From NCBI GenBank assembly GCA_965223795.1, contig CBDCXL010000002.1:2272001-2336000 (forward strand): DNA of 64,000 nucleotides. Direction: 5' to 3'. Shown here piece after piece: positions 32,769 through 41,653 of the stretch. The translations under genes and the position numbers were made by a program. This stretch comes from Nitrospinales bacterium (GTDB taxonomy: Bacteria > Nitrospinota > Nitrospinia > Nitrospinales > VA-1). The notes beneath the pieces were generated by a model, which was not told where the DNA came from, did no database searches, and saw only the letters and a list, made by a program, of their open reading frames with translations. The stretch's first letter is position 1, and the number at the start of each line of letters is the position of its first letter.

Positions 32769-33209
32769 TTGCCCCAGACGATAAAACAATTTCAGATCAA
32801 TGACGACGGCACGGTGACGGATACCGAGGAAGATCTCCAGTGGCCGGTCAAGGATTCCCGGCAGGAACTGGGCAAATGGCTCAACTGGGATGAAGCCAAT
32901 GCTTATGTCCAGGCCTGCAATGAACAAAAGTATCTGGGACACGATGACTGGCGGCTGCCGACCAAAAGCGAAGTCCGGTCGCTGTTCAAATTTCCCGAAC
33001 TGTACCGGGAGATTTTTTTGAAGCAGCCCAAACGTCCTGTGCGCAGCGTCGCCAATTACCAGGCGGGTGGAGAAACCAGTTTGTGGACTTCGGAAACCCG
33101 CTTCGATTCCTATGCCTGGAAATGTTATTTCCCAGGCGGCCGTGAAGTTTGCGTGGAGCAGAGCGTGTCCACCACGGGCACGTCGGTGCGATTGGTCCGT
33201 GACGTCTGA
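32769..33209 (+). CDS. DUF1566 (Lcl) domain protein
   Basis: TTG start after GAGGTG; FQINDDGTVTD, GHDDWRLPT, SVRLVR. Confidence 0.85.
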   Translation: MPQTIKQFQINDDGTVTDTEEDLQWPVKDSRQELGKWLNWDEANAYVQACNEQKYLGHDDWRLPTKSEVRSLFKFPELYREIFLKQPKRPVRSVANYQAGGETSLWTSETRFDSYAWKCYFPGGREVCVEQSVSTTGTSVRLVRDV

Positions 33210-33237
33210 GCCTGCATGACCGCAAACGATAGGAGCG

Positions 33238-33864
33238 ATGATGTCTGACGAAGAAAAAGTGGAACGGGAAGAGGAACTGGAAGACCTCGACGCCGAGTCC
33301 TTGGAGGACGATGAGGACTATGAAGGCGAGGAATTCATCGGTGAAGAGGAATGGGGTGAGGAAGAGGACGAGGCGGCGCTTCTTGAAGAGGAAGTCCCGA
33401 CGTTCGTCGACAACGGCGATGGCACCGTGAGCGATACCCGCAACAACCTCATGTGGAAAAAATCCGATTCCTACGCGGAATTCGGCTACGGGATCACCTG
33501 GTACGAAGCGCACGATTACTGCGAGGATCTCAACGAAAAACAGTTCGCAGGTTACGACGACTGGCGCATGGCGAGTTTCGACGATGCCAAGACCCTTTTC
33601 TCTTTCACCAAGAGCAACCGCGATAAGGACGGAGCGGAGATTCACATCGATTCCGTGTTCGATTCCGGCCAGGGGCACAACACCTGGACCTACGACGAAA
33701 AGCCGGATTACCAGCAGTACGCGCTCAAGTTCAGCTATGTGACGGGAACCGATGTGTGGGAACACAAGGACAACGAATATTCGCATGTGCGTGTCGTGCG
33801 CGACGACGTGAAAGACGAATGGGAGCCCGAATGGCGGAAAGACACCAAGAAGTTTCAGCGCTGA
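33238..33864 (+). CDS. DUF1566 (Lcl) domain protein with ~50-aa acidic N-terminus
   Basis: [24 protein letters not shown]. Confidence 0.9.
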   Translation: MMSDEEKVEREEELEDLDAESLEDDEDYEGEEFIGEEEWGEEEDEAALLEEEVPTFVDNGDGTVSDTRNNLMWKKSDSYAEFGYGITWYEAHDYCEDLNEKQFAGYDDWRMASFDDAKTLFSFTKSNRDKDGAEIHIDSVFDSGQGHNTWTYDEKPDYQQYALKFSYVTGTDVWEHKDNEYSHVRVVRDDVKDEWEPEWRKDTKKFQR

Positions 33865-33913
33865 CGCCGCTGCACCGCTTATTGCGCTCTCTTCTTTTGC
33901 ATACGAGGAATCC

Positions 33914-34132
33914 ATGAGCCATTACATGATTTTCGGAAAGAACGACTGCCCGCACACGAAAAAGGCCCGGGAGGATTTTCTGAAACAAAGCAAGTCCTTC
34001 ATCTACATCAATGTGGACAACAATCCGCAGGCACTGGAAAAGTTGCTGGAATATTCGGACGGGAAATACATCGTGCCCGTCATCGTCAATGTGGACGAGG
34101 GCAACGTGGAGATCGGCTACACGGGCGATTGA
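33914..34132 (+). CDS. Glutaredoxin-like protein (Cys form resembling the UXX-star family)
   Basis: FGKNDCPHTKKARED, IVPVIV, VEIGY. Confidence 0.8.
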   Translation: MSHYMIFGKNDCPHTKKAREDFLKQSKSFIYINVDNNPQALEKLLEYSDGKYIVPVIVNVDEGNVEIGYTGD

Positions 34133-34216
34133 GGCTGCAAACCGTTTTCACGGAGAAAGGCGCAGTCGAATTTTCCAAAACGGCAGGTTCACGATAAAAT
34201 CCTTAAAGGACGCATC

Positions 34217-34699
34217 ATGGTAGAAAAACTCCCGCAGACTCAGGAAAAATCGAAGGAACCCAAGCGGTTCGAAGAAAAAGGACCGCATGTGGTGTTCGAT
34301 ACGAAAACCAAACTTTACTGGATGAAGAAGGATTCCTGGCAGGACAAGGGAAAATTTTTCAACTGGCACGAGGCGGTGGAGTACGCGGATAAAAAAAACC
34401 TGCGCAGCATCGGCGGTTTCAACGACTGGCGGCTGCCGAGTATGGATGAAGCGGCTTCCCTGTTCGACGAAGGTTCCGAAAATCCCGCCAAGGGCGGCGC
34501 CTCCATCCACATCGATACGGTGTTTCCGGAAGGCGGGTTCAAGACATTGTGGCTGACGGGAGACACCTCGACGCGGCGGCCGCGTTTCGATTACGTGCAG
34601 GGAAAGGAAACGCACGCGGAGGAATACAGTTTCGGGGCTGTGCGGCTGTGCCGTAAGGACAAGGTCCAGCCGGGGCAGAACCGAAATCGCCGCCGTTGA
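34217..34699 (+). CDS. DUF1566 (Lcl) domain protein
   Basis: DTKTKLYW, GGFNDWRLPS, HIDTVF, AVRLCR. Confidence 0.88.
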   Translation: MVEKLPQTQEKSKEPKRFEEKGPHVVFDTKTKLYWMKKDSWQDKGKFFNWHEAVEYADKKNLRSIGGFNDWRLPSMDEAASLFDEGSENPAKGGASIHIDTVFPEGGFKTLWLTGDTSTRRPRFDYVQGKETHAEEYSFGAVRLCRKDKVQPGQNRNRRR

Positions 34700-34719
34700 C
34701 GATTCGCATCTTAAAAGCT

Positions 34720-35598
34720 ATGGACGACACCGAAAAGAAATCCGGACTGATCGACAACGGCGACGGCACGATCTCCGATGAGCGCAGCGGCCTGATGTGG
34801 ATGAAAAACGACACCTGGCTGGAGCTCGGACGGCGCATCACCTGGCACGAGGGGCTGGAATACTCGAAACAGGTGAACAGCAAAAAGTTCGCGGGCTACG
34901 GCAACTGGCGGTTCCCCACGGCCACGGAAGCCAAAACCCTGTTCGACATGGAAATCACCAACACGGATGTGGAGGGCGGTGAGATTCACATCGACCCCGT
35001 GTTTCCCTCGGGCTGCGGATTTTCCACCTGGACCAGCGAAACCCGCGGCGCCAAGGCCGCCAAGGGGTTTGATTTCCGCTCGGATTACGAATTCTGGCTG
35101 GCCAAGGAAAACGACGGCTTCCCGAGCGGTCTGCGTCTTGTGCGCAATCTGGGTGCAGGCGGCGAAATGTCCGACGAGGAACGTTATGTGAACAACGGCG
35201 ACGGCACGATCACGGACCGGGAAACCGACCTGATGTGGAAAGCCGCCGATTCCTATCTGGATCTCGACAAATGGGTGAGCTGGGACGAGGCGAAGATGTA
35301 CCTTGATGAAATCAACAAGTCGCGCTTCGCAGGATACAGCAACTGGCGCATGCCCACCCGCAAGGAAGCGCAGATGCTGTACGATCCGTCCAATCCCGTC
35401 ACCGACAAGTACGGCGACACCGTGTTTCTGGTGAAAGGGTTTCCGCCCGGAGCGGGACAGACCTGCTGGACGAAAACGCTGCACAAGACCGACCCGTCGC
35501 TGGCCCGGCGGTTTTATTTTTACAACGGCGACCACCAGTGGCACAAAAAGGGGCTTCGCAGCCACGGGGTGCGTCCGGTGCGGAACCTCAAATCCTGA
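34720..35598 (+). CDS. Tandem two-domain DUF1566 (Lcl) protein
   Basis: Two NGDGTI.D..LMW / GY.NWR.PT units. Confidence 0.9.
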   Translation: MDDTEKKSGLIDNGDGTISDERSGLMWMKNDTWLELGRRITWHEGLEYSKQVNSKKFAGYGNWRFPTATEAKTLFDMEITNTDVEGGEIHIDPVFPSGCGFSTWTSETRGAKAAKGFDFRSDYEFWLAKENDGFPSGLRLVRNLGAGGEMSDEERYVNNGDGTITDRETDLMWKAADSYLDLDKWVSWDEAKMYLDEINKSRFAGYSNWRMPTRKEAQMLYDPSNPVTDKYGDTVFLVKGFPPGAGQTCWTKTLHKTDPSLARRFYFYNGDHQWHKKGLRSHGVRPVRNLKS

Positions 35599-35623
35599 AG
35601 AGACGGAGGCACGCGCTTTTTTC

Positions 35624-36097
35624 ATGTCCGGCGAGAACGAACAGGCAACCACGCAGAAGCCCGGCACCCGTTTTGTGGAAGGGGCGGACGGCACCGTCAT
35701 CGATACGGTCAAGCGGCTGTTGTGGCTCAAAAAGGACACCTGGCAGATGACCGGGAAGTGGATGAACCTGGTGCAGATCCGGGAATTTTCCGAGGAGCTC
35801 AACCGTAAAAATCACGCGGGATACTCGGGATGGCGGGTTCCGACCGCATCGGAGGTGAAGAGCCTGCATGACAAATCGCAAAAGAACAAGGATCACATGG
35901 GGCAGATGGTGGCGCATCCGGAAATTTTTGATGCGGGGTTCAGCTTTCTGTACTGGACCAGCGACGTGAGGAACAAAATTCAGGCGGTCCGGTTCGGGTT
36001 TCGCAAGGGAATGTCCATGTACGATGACATCTACCGGACTTCCAGGGGCTCGACGCGCCTGGTGCGCGACATCGAAAAAGAGGACGCGCTTTTGTGA
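35624..36097 (+). CDS. DUF1566 (Lcl) domain protein
   Basis: RFVEGADGTVID, GYSGWRVPT, STRLVR. Confidence 0.88.
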   Translation: MSGENEQATTQKPGTRFVEGADGTVIDTVKRLLWLKKDTWQMTGKWMNLVQIREFSEELNRKNHAGYSGWRVPTASEVKSLHDKSQKNKDHMGQMVAHPEIFDAGFSFLYWTSDVRNKIQAVRFGFRKGMSMYDDIYRTSRGSTRLVRDIEKEDALL

Positions 36098-36152
36098 GTT
36101 GAACTTTTTGAGTGTTTGTCGGATTCCATTTTCTTTTTTCAAGGACGGAGTT

Positions 36153-36638
36153 TTGGAAAACAAAAAGCGATTTGTGGACAACGGCGACGGCACGGTCACC
36201 GATCATGAAACCCAGCTCATGTGGAAGCAGACGGATTCGTACCAGGATACGAGCAAATGGCTCAACTGGTTCGATTCGTTGAGTTACATCCGCGATTTGA
36301 ACAACAGCAAATTCGCAGGATTCGACAACTGGCGTCTGCCCACGCTCGATGAAGCGGAGGGGTTGTACGACGAAGAATTCCCGCTGCGCGATATGGACCG
36401 GCTGGAAATTCATCTGGACGCCAGTTTTTCGCCCGGAGGCGGGTTTTCCACCTGGACGAGCAAAGAGAGCGCGCACAGCACGGCGGCGGTGTTTTACTAC
36501 CGTTACGGCCACGCCAATCTCGCCAACAAGGAAGGCATCACCAAGGATTCCGTGCGGGCGGTGCGCTATGTCAGTGGAGAAGCGGGGAAACCCGTCCGCC
36601 ATGTCGACCGTCTTTCCTCCGGAAGACAGACGAGTTAG
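36153..36638 (+). CDS. DUF1566 (Lcl) domain protein
   Basis: TTG start after [31 protein letters not shown]. Confidence 0.88.
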   Translation: MENKKRFVDNGDGTVTDHETQLMWKQTDSYQDTSKWLNWFDSLSYIRDLNNSKFAGFDNWRLPTLDEAEGLYDEEFPLRDMDRLEIHLDASFSPGGGFSTWTSKESAHSTAAVFYYRYGHANLANKEGITKDSVRAVRYVSGEAGKPVRHVDRLSSGRQTS

Positions 36639-36718
36639 CAATACCAAAAAGGCATAGAAGGAGAGTCGTCATCGAATCGTATTGGGTCATCAATGAAGAA
36701 GAGAGCAGGGCGTCGGTC

Positions 36719-37507
36719 ATGACGTATCGCTTCGAGGAAGAGGATTTCAAGAACACCTATATCCTCGAAGACTACTACTGCACCAATCCATTTTGCGACT
36801 GCAATCACGTGACCGTTTCGTTCTGCGACAAGGAAAATCTGGACAACCGGTTTCTGTTCCTGCTCAATTTCAATAAAACCCAGAGTCCGCTGCCCAACGC
36901 GCCGAAAATGAACAAAGTGCAGACGGAAATCGTCAAAGGGTTCGTCAAGAACCTTTCCGACGAGCTGCTGGTATTGTTCAAGCAGCGGTACCTGGAGGCC
37001 AAGGCCTACGGCGAGAAAAATCCGATGTCGTATCTGATGCTGGAGCCCGGCCGTTACGTGAATTTTTTCGAAATGTTCCCGCGCAATCAGGAGATGCTGG
37101 ATTTCAATTACCAGGAGGAAAAGTATTTCGCCGAGGATTCCTACGACATCGACCCGAGAAACGACAACCGGGATGTGCGCCTGTCTTTTTACAAGCTGGA
37201 ACTCGACAGCAAACAGCAGCAGTCGGCTTTTGACTACACCTATTATTTCAATGAGAGTCAGCGGGAAAAAGAGGACAACCGGCTGGAACCGGAACACAAC
37301 GACATGGTGATGGCGATGAACCAGGCCATCCCCGATTTGAACGACCGGCTGAAAGCCCGTTTTAGGAAGGCCAAGGAAGTGGGCGAGCAGCTGCTCAAGG
37401 ATCCGCCGAAACCGAACATTCTGGAAGAAAAAGTGGGCCCGAATGATCTGTGTCCCTGCGGATCGGGGAAAAAGTTTAAAAAGTGCTGCGCGCAGAGGCT
37501 GAACTGA
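36719..37507 (+). CDS. SEC-C metal-binding motif protein
   Basis: C-terminal [20 protein letters not shown]-terminal CTNPFCDC. Confidence 0.85.
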   Translation: MTYRFEEEDFKNTYILEDYYCTNPFCDCNHVTVSFCDKENLDNRFLFLLNFNKTQSPLPNAPKMNKVQTEIVKGFVKNLSDELLVLFKQRYLEAKAYGEKNPMSYLMLEPGRYVNFFEMFPRNQEMLDFNYQEEKYFAEDSYDIDPRNDNRDVRLSFYKLELDSKQQQSAFDYTYYFNESQREKEDNRLEPEHNDMVMAMNQAIPDLNDRLKARFRKAKEVGEQLLKDPPKPNILEEKVGPNDLCPCGSGKKFKKCCAQRLN

Positions 37508-37642
37508 TCCTCCGGCTTGATTCACTGCGCGTGGCCTGACCGGGGATCGCGATTCCCGGAACGTTCTTTAATTTTGCGTCGCGGAACACGAGTCGGTATG
37601 GAAGCCGCGATGATATTTCTTCTTCGATAAAGCGATGGTGCC

Positions 37643-38194
37643 ATGACTTCAGAAAATAAACCCAAAGAAAAGCGTGTCAAAAAAGTTCAGGCCCGCCACA
37701 TTCTCGTCAACAGCAAGGAGAAGGCGGAAGAACTGAAAAAGCGCATCGACGAGGGGGAGGATTTTTCCTCGCTGGCCGAGGAGCACAGCGAATGTCCTTC
37801 CAAGAAGCGCGGCGGCGATCTGGGCTGGTTCGGTAAAGGGGCCATGGTGCGGCCGTTTGAAGTGGCGGCGTTCACGGCGGAGGAAGGCGACGTGGTGGGG
37901 CCGGTGAAAACGGAATTCGGCTGGCACCTGATCTACGTGTACGAAATCCAGACCGACATCAATCCCGATGCCGGGCCGCCCACGGGCGACGAAGACGCCG
38001 ACGAGGACACCCTGACGCTCGTTGCGGAAAACTACGCGCATGAGTTCATGATGCTGGGATACACGAGCAAAAAGGTGCTGAGCCTGTTCACCAGCCAGCA
38101 TTTCAAATCGGCCAATACGGTTTACAACCTTCTCGGGCCGGAAAAGATCAACGAGATCATTGCCAACGTGTTCGGCAAGAAAAAAGAAGGCTGA
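37643..38194 (+). CDS. Parvulin-type PPIase with an extra C-terminal helical domain
   Basis: ARHILV, HSECPS, GGDLGWF, TEFGWHLI. Confidence 0.88.
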   Translation: MTSENKPKEKRVKKVQARHILVNSKEKAEELKKRIDEGEDFSSLAEEHSECPSKKRGGDLGWFGKGAMVRPFEVAAFTAEEGDVVGPVKTEFGWHLIYVYEIQTDINPDAGPPTGDEDADEDTLTLVAENYAHEFMMLGYTSKKVLSLFTSQHFKSANTVYNLLGPEKINEIIANVFGKKKEG

Positions 38195-38203
38195 CCGGAA
38201 AAG

Positions 38204-38259
38204 AAAAAAGCGGGCAGCGCTGAGGAATGTTTTTTCCTCCGGCGGTGCCCGCTTTTTTT
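38204..38259. terminator. Bidirectional terminator
   Basis: AAAAAAGCGGGCA...TGCCCGCTTTTTT between convergent genes. Confidence 0.75.
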
Positions 38260-38268
38260 ATTTTGAAA

Positions 38269-39873
38269 TCACTCTGCGGAAAGTCCCGGCGAGTTTTTCA
38301 GCGTCACGCTGTGAACGGAAAGGATGTTCGGCGTTTCCCGCAGCTCTCTTAAGGTTTCGCTGGTGGGCGGCGTGTCGATGTTGATCACCGCCACCGCCTT
38401 GCCGCTTTGTTTCAGCCTTCCCAGGTGAAATCCCGCCACGTTGATGTTGTTTTTCCCCAGGATGTTTCCCAGGTTGCCGATCACGCCCGGCACGTCCACG
38501 TTGTTGAGCACCAGCATGTGCTGAGTGAGCACCGCCTCGAAATCGTATTCGTCGAACTTCACGATCCGGGGATTGCCTTTGCCGAAAATGCTGCCGGTGA
38601 TCGTGTGGCCGCCGTTTTTCGTGGTGACCTGAACCATCAGTGTGTTGGTGTATTCCAGCACTTCGTTGCTTTTGGATTCCTGCACTTCGATCCCCCGTTC
38701 CTTGGCGATGAAGGGGGCGTTGACCATGTTCACCCCGTCGATGCTGGGGCTCAACAGGCCTTTCAACGTGGAAATGGTGATCGGTTCCACGTTCAGGCCG
38801 GCGATGTCTCCGTTGTACTGGATGTGGACTTTCTTGACCGGCTGGTTGATGAGCTGCGAAGCGAGCAGGCCGAGATCCTCACCGAGGACGAGGTAGGGCT
38901 TGATTTTGGCCAGCGTCTCCGCGTCGATCGAGGGCATGTTGATGGCGTTGCGCACGTTGCCGTATTTCAGGTAGTCGATGATCTGATCGCAGATCGCGAC
39001 CGCCACTTTTTCCTGCGCCTCTCCGGTCGATGCACCCAGGTGCGGCGTGCAGATGATCTCTTTCATCCCCAGAAGGGGGCTGTCCGGATTGAGCGGTTCC
39101 TTGGCGTACACGTCCAGGGCGGCCTGCGCCACCTTTCCGGACTGGATCGCGTCGACCAATGCCTGCTCGTCGATCAGCGTCCCGCGGGCGCAGTTGACGA
39201 TGCGGATTCCGTCTTTCATCAGGCCGAATTCCTCTTTCCCGAGCAACGGCTCGCCCGAGCCTCCCGGCGTGTGCAGGGATATGTAGTCGGAGCGTTTCAG
39301 CAGTTCCTTGAACTCGACAATTTCCGCGCCGATTTTTTCCGCGCGTTCCTTCTGGATGTAGGGATCGTGCACCAGGACCTTCATGTGAAATCCCTTGGCG
39401 CGCTCGGCGACGATGGAACCGATGCGGCCGAGTCCCACGATCCCCAGCACTTTTTCGTACAGCTCGCTGCCCATGAACTTTTTTGGGGACCATTCCTTGT
39501 TGCGCACCGAGACGTCGGCCTGCGGGATGTTGCGGGCCATGGCGAGCATCAGCGCCATGGCGTGCTCGCCGGTGGTGATGACGTTGCCTTCCGGGGCGTT
39601 CATCACGATGACGCCTTTTTTGCCGGCGGCGTCCAGGTCGATGTTGTCCACGCCGATGCCCGCGCGGCCCACCACCTTGAGGTTGTCGGCGGCTTCCATG
39701 ACATCCGCGGTGACCTTGGTGGCGCTGCGGACCAGGATGCCGTGGTAGGGCGGGATGGTTTTGATCAGCTCCTCTTTGGACATGCCGGTTTTGACATCCA
39801 CTTCAATACCGCTCTCCTTTTTGAGGATTTCGATCCCCGCTGGTGAGAGGTTGTCGGCAACAAGTACTTTCAT
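38269..39873 (-). CDS. serA: D-3-phosphoglycerate dehydrogenase
   Basis: GRAGIGVDNID, GLGRIG, TPHLGAST, C-terminal ACT domain. Confidence 0.95.
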   Translation of the reverse strand: MKVLVADNLSPAGIEILKKESGIEVDVKTGMSKEELIKTIPPYHGILVRSATKVTADVMEAADNLKVVGRAGIGVDNIDLDAAGKKGVIVMNAPEGNVITTGEHAMALMLAMARNIPQADVSVRNKEWSPKKFMGSELYEKVLGIVGLGRIGSIVAERAKGFHMKVLVHDPYIQKERAEKIGAEIVEFKELLKRSDYISLHTPGGSGEPLLGKEEFGLMKDGIRIVNCARGTLIDEQALVDAIQSGKVAQAALDVYAKEPLNPDSPLLGMKEIICTPHLGASTGEAQEKVAVAICDQIIDYLKYGNVRNAINMPSIDAETLAKIKPYLVLGEDLGLLASQLINQPVKKVHIQYNGDIAGLNVEPITISTLKGLLSPSIDGVNMVNAPFIAKERGIEVQESKSNEVLEYTNTLMVQVTTKNGGHTITGSIFGKGNPRIVKFDEYDFEAVLTQHMLVLNNVDVPGVIGNLGNILGKNNINVAGFHLGRLKQSGKAVAVINIDTPPTSETLRELRETPNILSVHSVTLKNSPGLSAE

Positions 39874-40013
39874 CTGGGTCTCCCGTTATTCAAAGGTCCC
39901 CGTTTGTATCGGGGTTGAGTTCACTGGTTCAATGATTGGGGTGCAGACCGCGTTTGTGTCTGCAATCGATCGCGTCCGCCACACTCCGGCACCGTTCACT
40001 GCCCGGTATCCGG

Positions 40014-41162
40014 TCAGTTGTACGCTTCCATCAGAATTTCCTGGGCCGCGCCGACGCCTTTGCCGAATTCGATTTTTGCACCGAATTTTTTCAACGCCAT
40101 TTCCAGAGCGGAAATCGCGAGGATCACGTCGAAAGTGTCGACGTATCCCAGGTGCGCGATGCGAACGACTTTGCCTTTCCACTGGTCCTGTCCGCCGGCC
40201 AGCGTGACGCCGAATTCGTCGCGGATCGTTTTCACCAGCTTGCCTCCGTCGACGCCGTCGGGAACGAAGACGCCGGTGGCGCTGTCGGCGGGAGAATCGG
40301 GAGCGATCATAGTGAGGCCCATCGCCTTCACCGCCGCGCGGGTGGCCCGGGCCAGCCGGTTGTGGCGCTCGAACACGTTTTCCAGCCCTTCCTGCTTGAT
40401 ATTGGCGAGCACCCGGCGCAGGCCGACGACCAGGGACACCGCCGGTGTGTAGGCGGAGGTTTTGTCGGCCAGGTTTTTCTTTTCCTTTTTGAAGTCGAAG
40501 TAGAACCGCGGGCAGGTGGATTTATCCGCAAACTTCCAGCCCTTTTCGCTCAGGGCCACCAGCGCCAGGCCCGGCGGCAGCTCCAGCGATTTCTGCGAGC
40601 CGGTGACCATCGCGTCGATGCCCCAGGCGTCCATGGGCAGGTTGAACACGCCGAGCCCGGTGATGGCGTCCACCACCAGGAGCAGATCGTCCCGGCCGCG
40701 CGTCAGTTTGGAGAGCGCTTCGATCGGGTGCGCGGCAGTGGTGGAGGTTTCGGAGGCCTGCACCAGAATGCCGCGGATGTCTTTCTCTTTGTTCAGGATG
40801 GCTTCGATCTCTTCCGGTTTCGCCGCCTGTCCCCATTCCACTTTGTGCCAGATCACCTGCAACCCATAGGTTTCGGAGATCTTGCCCCAGCGTTCGCCGA
40901 ACTTGCCGCCGTTGATCACCAGGACCTTGTCTCCCGGTGAAAACAGGTTGGTCACGCAGCCTTCCATGCCGCCGGTGCCGGTGGAAGCGAGGATCAGCAC
41001 ATCCTGTTCGGTCTGAAACAGGTATTTGGCGTCGGCCGCGGCTTCGGCAAAAATTGCGCTGAACTGCGGAGTGCGGTGATGGACCATCGGCTGGGCCATT
41101 TCCAGAGAAACGTGTTCCGGAACCGGTGTCGGTCCGGGGGCGAGCAGATATCGTTTTTTCAT
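40014..41162 (-). CDS. Class V PLP aminotransferase (alanine/serine-glyoxylate type; may supply phosphoserine aminotransferase activity)
   Basis: LLAPGPTP, GKFGERW, VDAIT, TGSQKSL, RIAHLG; upstream of serA. Confidence 0.9.
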   Translation of the reverse strand: MKKRYLLAPGPTPVPEHVSLEMAQPMVHHRTPQFSAIFAEAAADAKYLFQTEQDVLILASTGTGGMEGCVTNLFSPGDKVLVINGGKFGERWGKISETYGLQVIWHKVEWGQAAKPEEIEAILNKEKDIRGILVQASETSTTAAHPIEALSKLTRGRDDLLLVVDAITGLGVFNLPMDAWGIDAMVTGSQKSLELPPGLALVALSEKGWKFADKSTCPRFYFDFKKEKKNLADKTSAYTPAVSLVVGLRRVLANIKQEGLENVFERHNRLARATRAAVKAMGLTMIAPDSPADSATGVFVPDGVDGGKLVKTIRDEFGVTLAGGQDQWKGKVVRIAHLGYVDTFDVILAISALEMALKKFGAKIEFGKGVGAAQEILMEAYN

Positions 41163-41653
41163 CCTGTCATCCTGTGCGTTGGTTGTTGGGAATTTCCTCG
41201 ATCCCGGTTGGTGCGGGAGCGCCGATCGTGCCGGGTCTCTGCGTCCCGAAGGGTCCGAAATGCCCAGTGAGAACGAGGAACCGGAAATGAAACCCCGACC
41301 CACCGTTACAGGAGGGCTCAGCGGGCGCGCTGTTTTTATCGCTCCCAGGCCTGGCGGATGCGATCGCGGACCCACTCCCTGTTCGGTGAATCGGTGACGA
41401 GAAGCTATTCTTATAATGGAATTTAAGTGCAAAATCCAATATTTTTAGGCCCTCTGAGCCTATAAGGATGCGGAATCGCTGGCAATGGATTCGAGATCCC
41501 GAAAAAGAAGGGATTGTCAGGAAACAGGGTGTGGTGGTGTGATGCTGCGGGATGAAATTACGGTTTCTGTGACTTGGGAGGTGGCGGTGCGTTGCTAAAG
41601 GGGAAACGCTGTGGCGGTTGCTGCAAATGCTTCAGGAAATGGGGCGGGGGGTT

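Noticed and set aside
29050..36638. Active diversity-generating retroelement
   Set aside because: No reverse transcriptase and no template/variable repeat pair differing at adenines seen in the window
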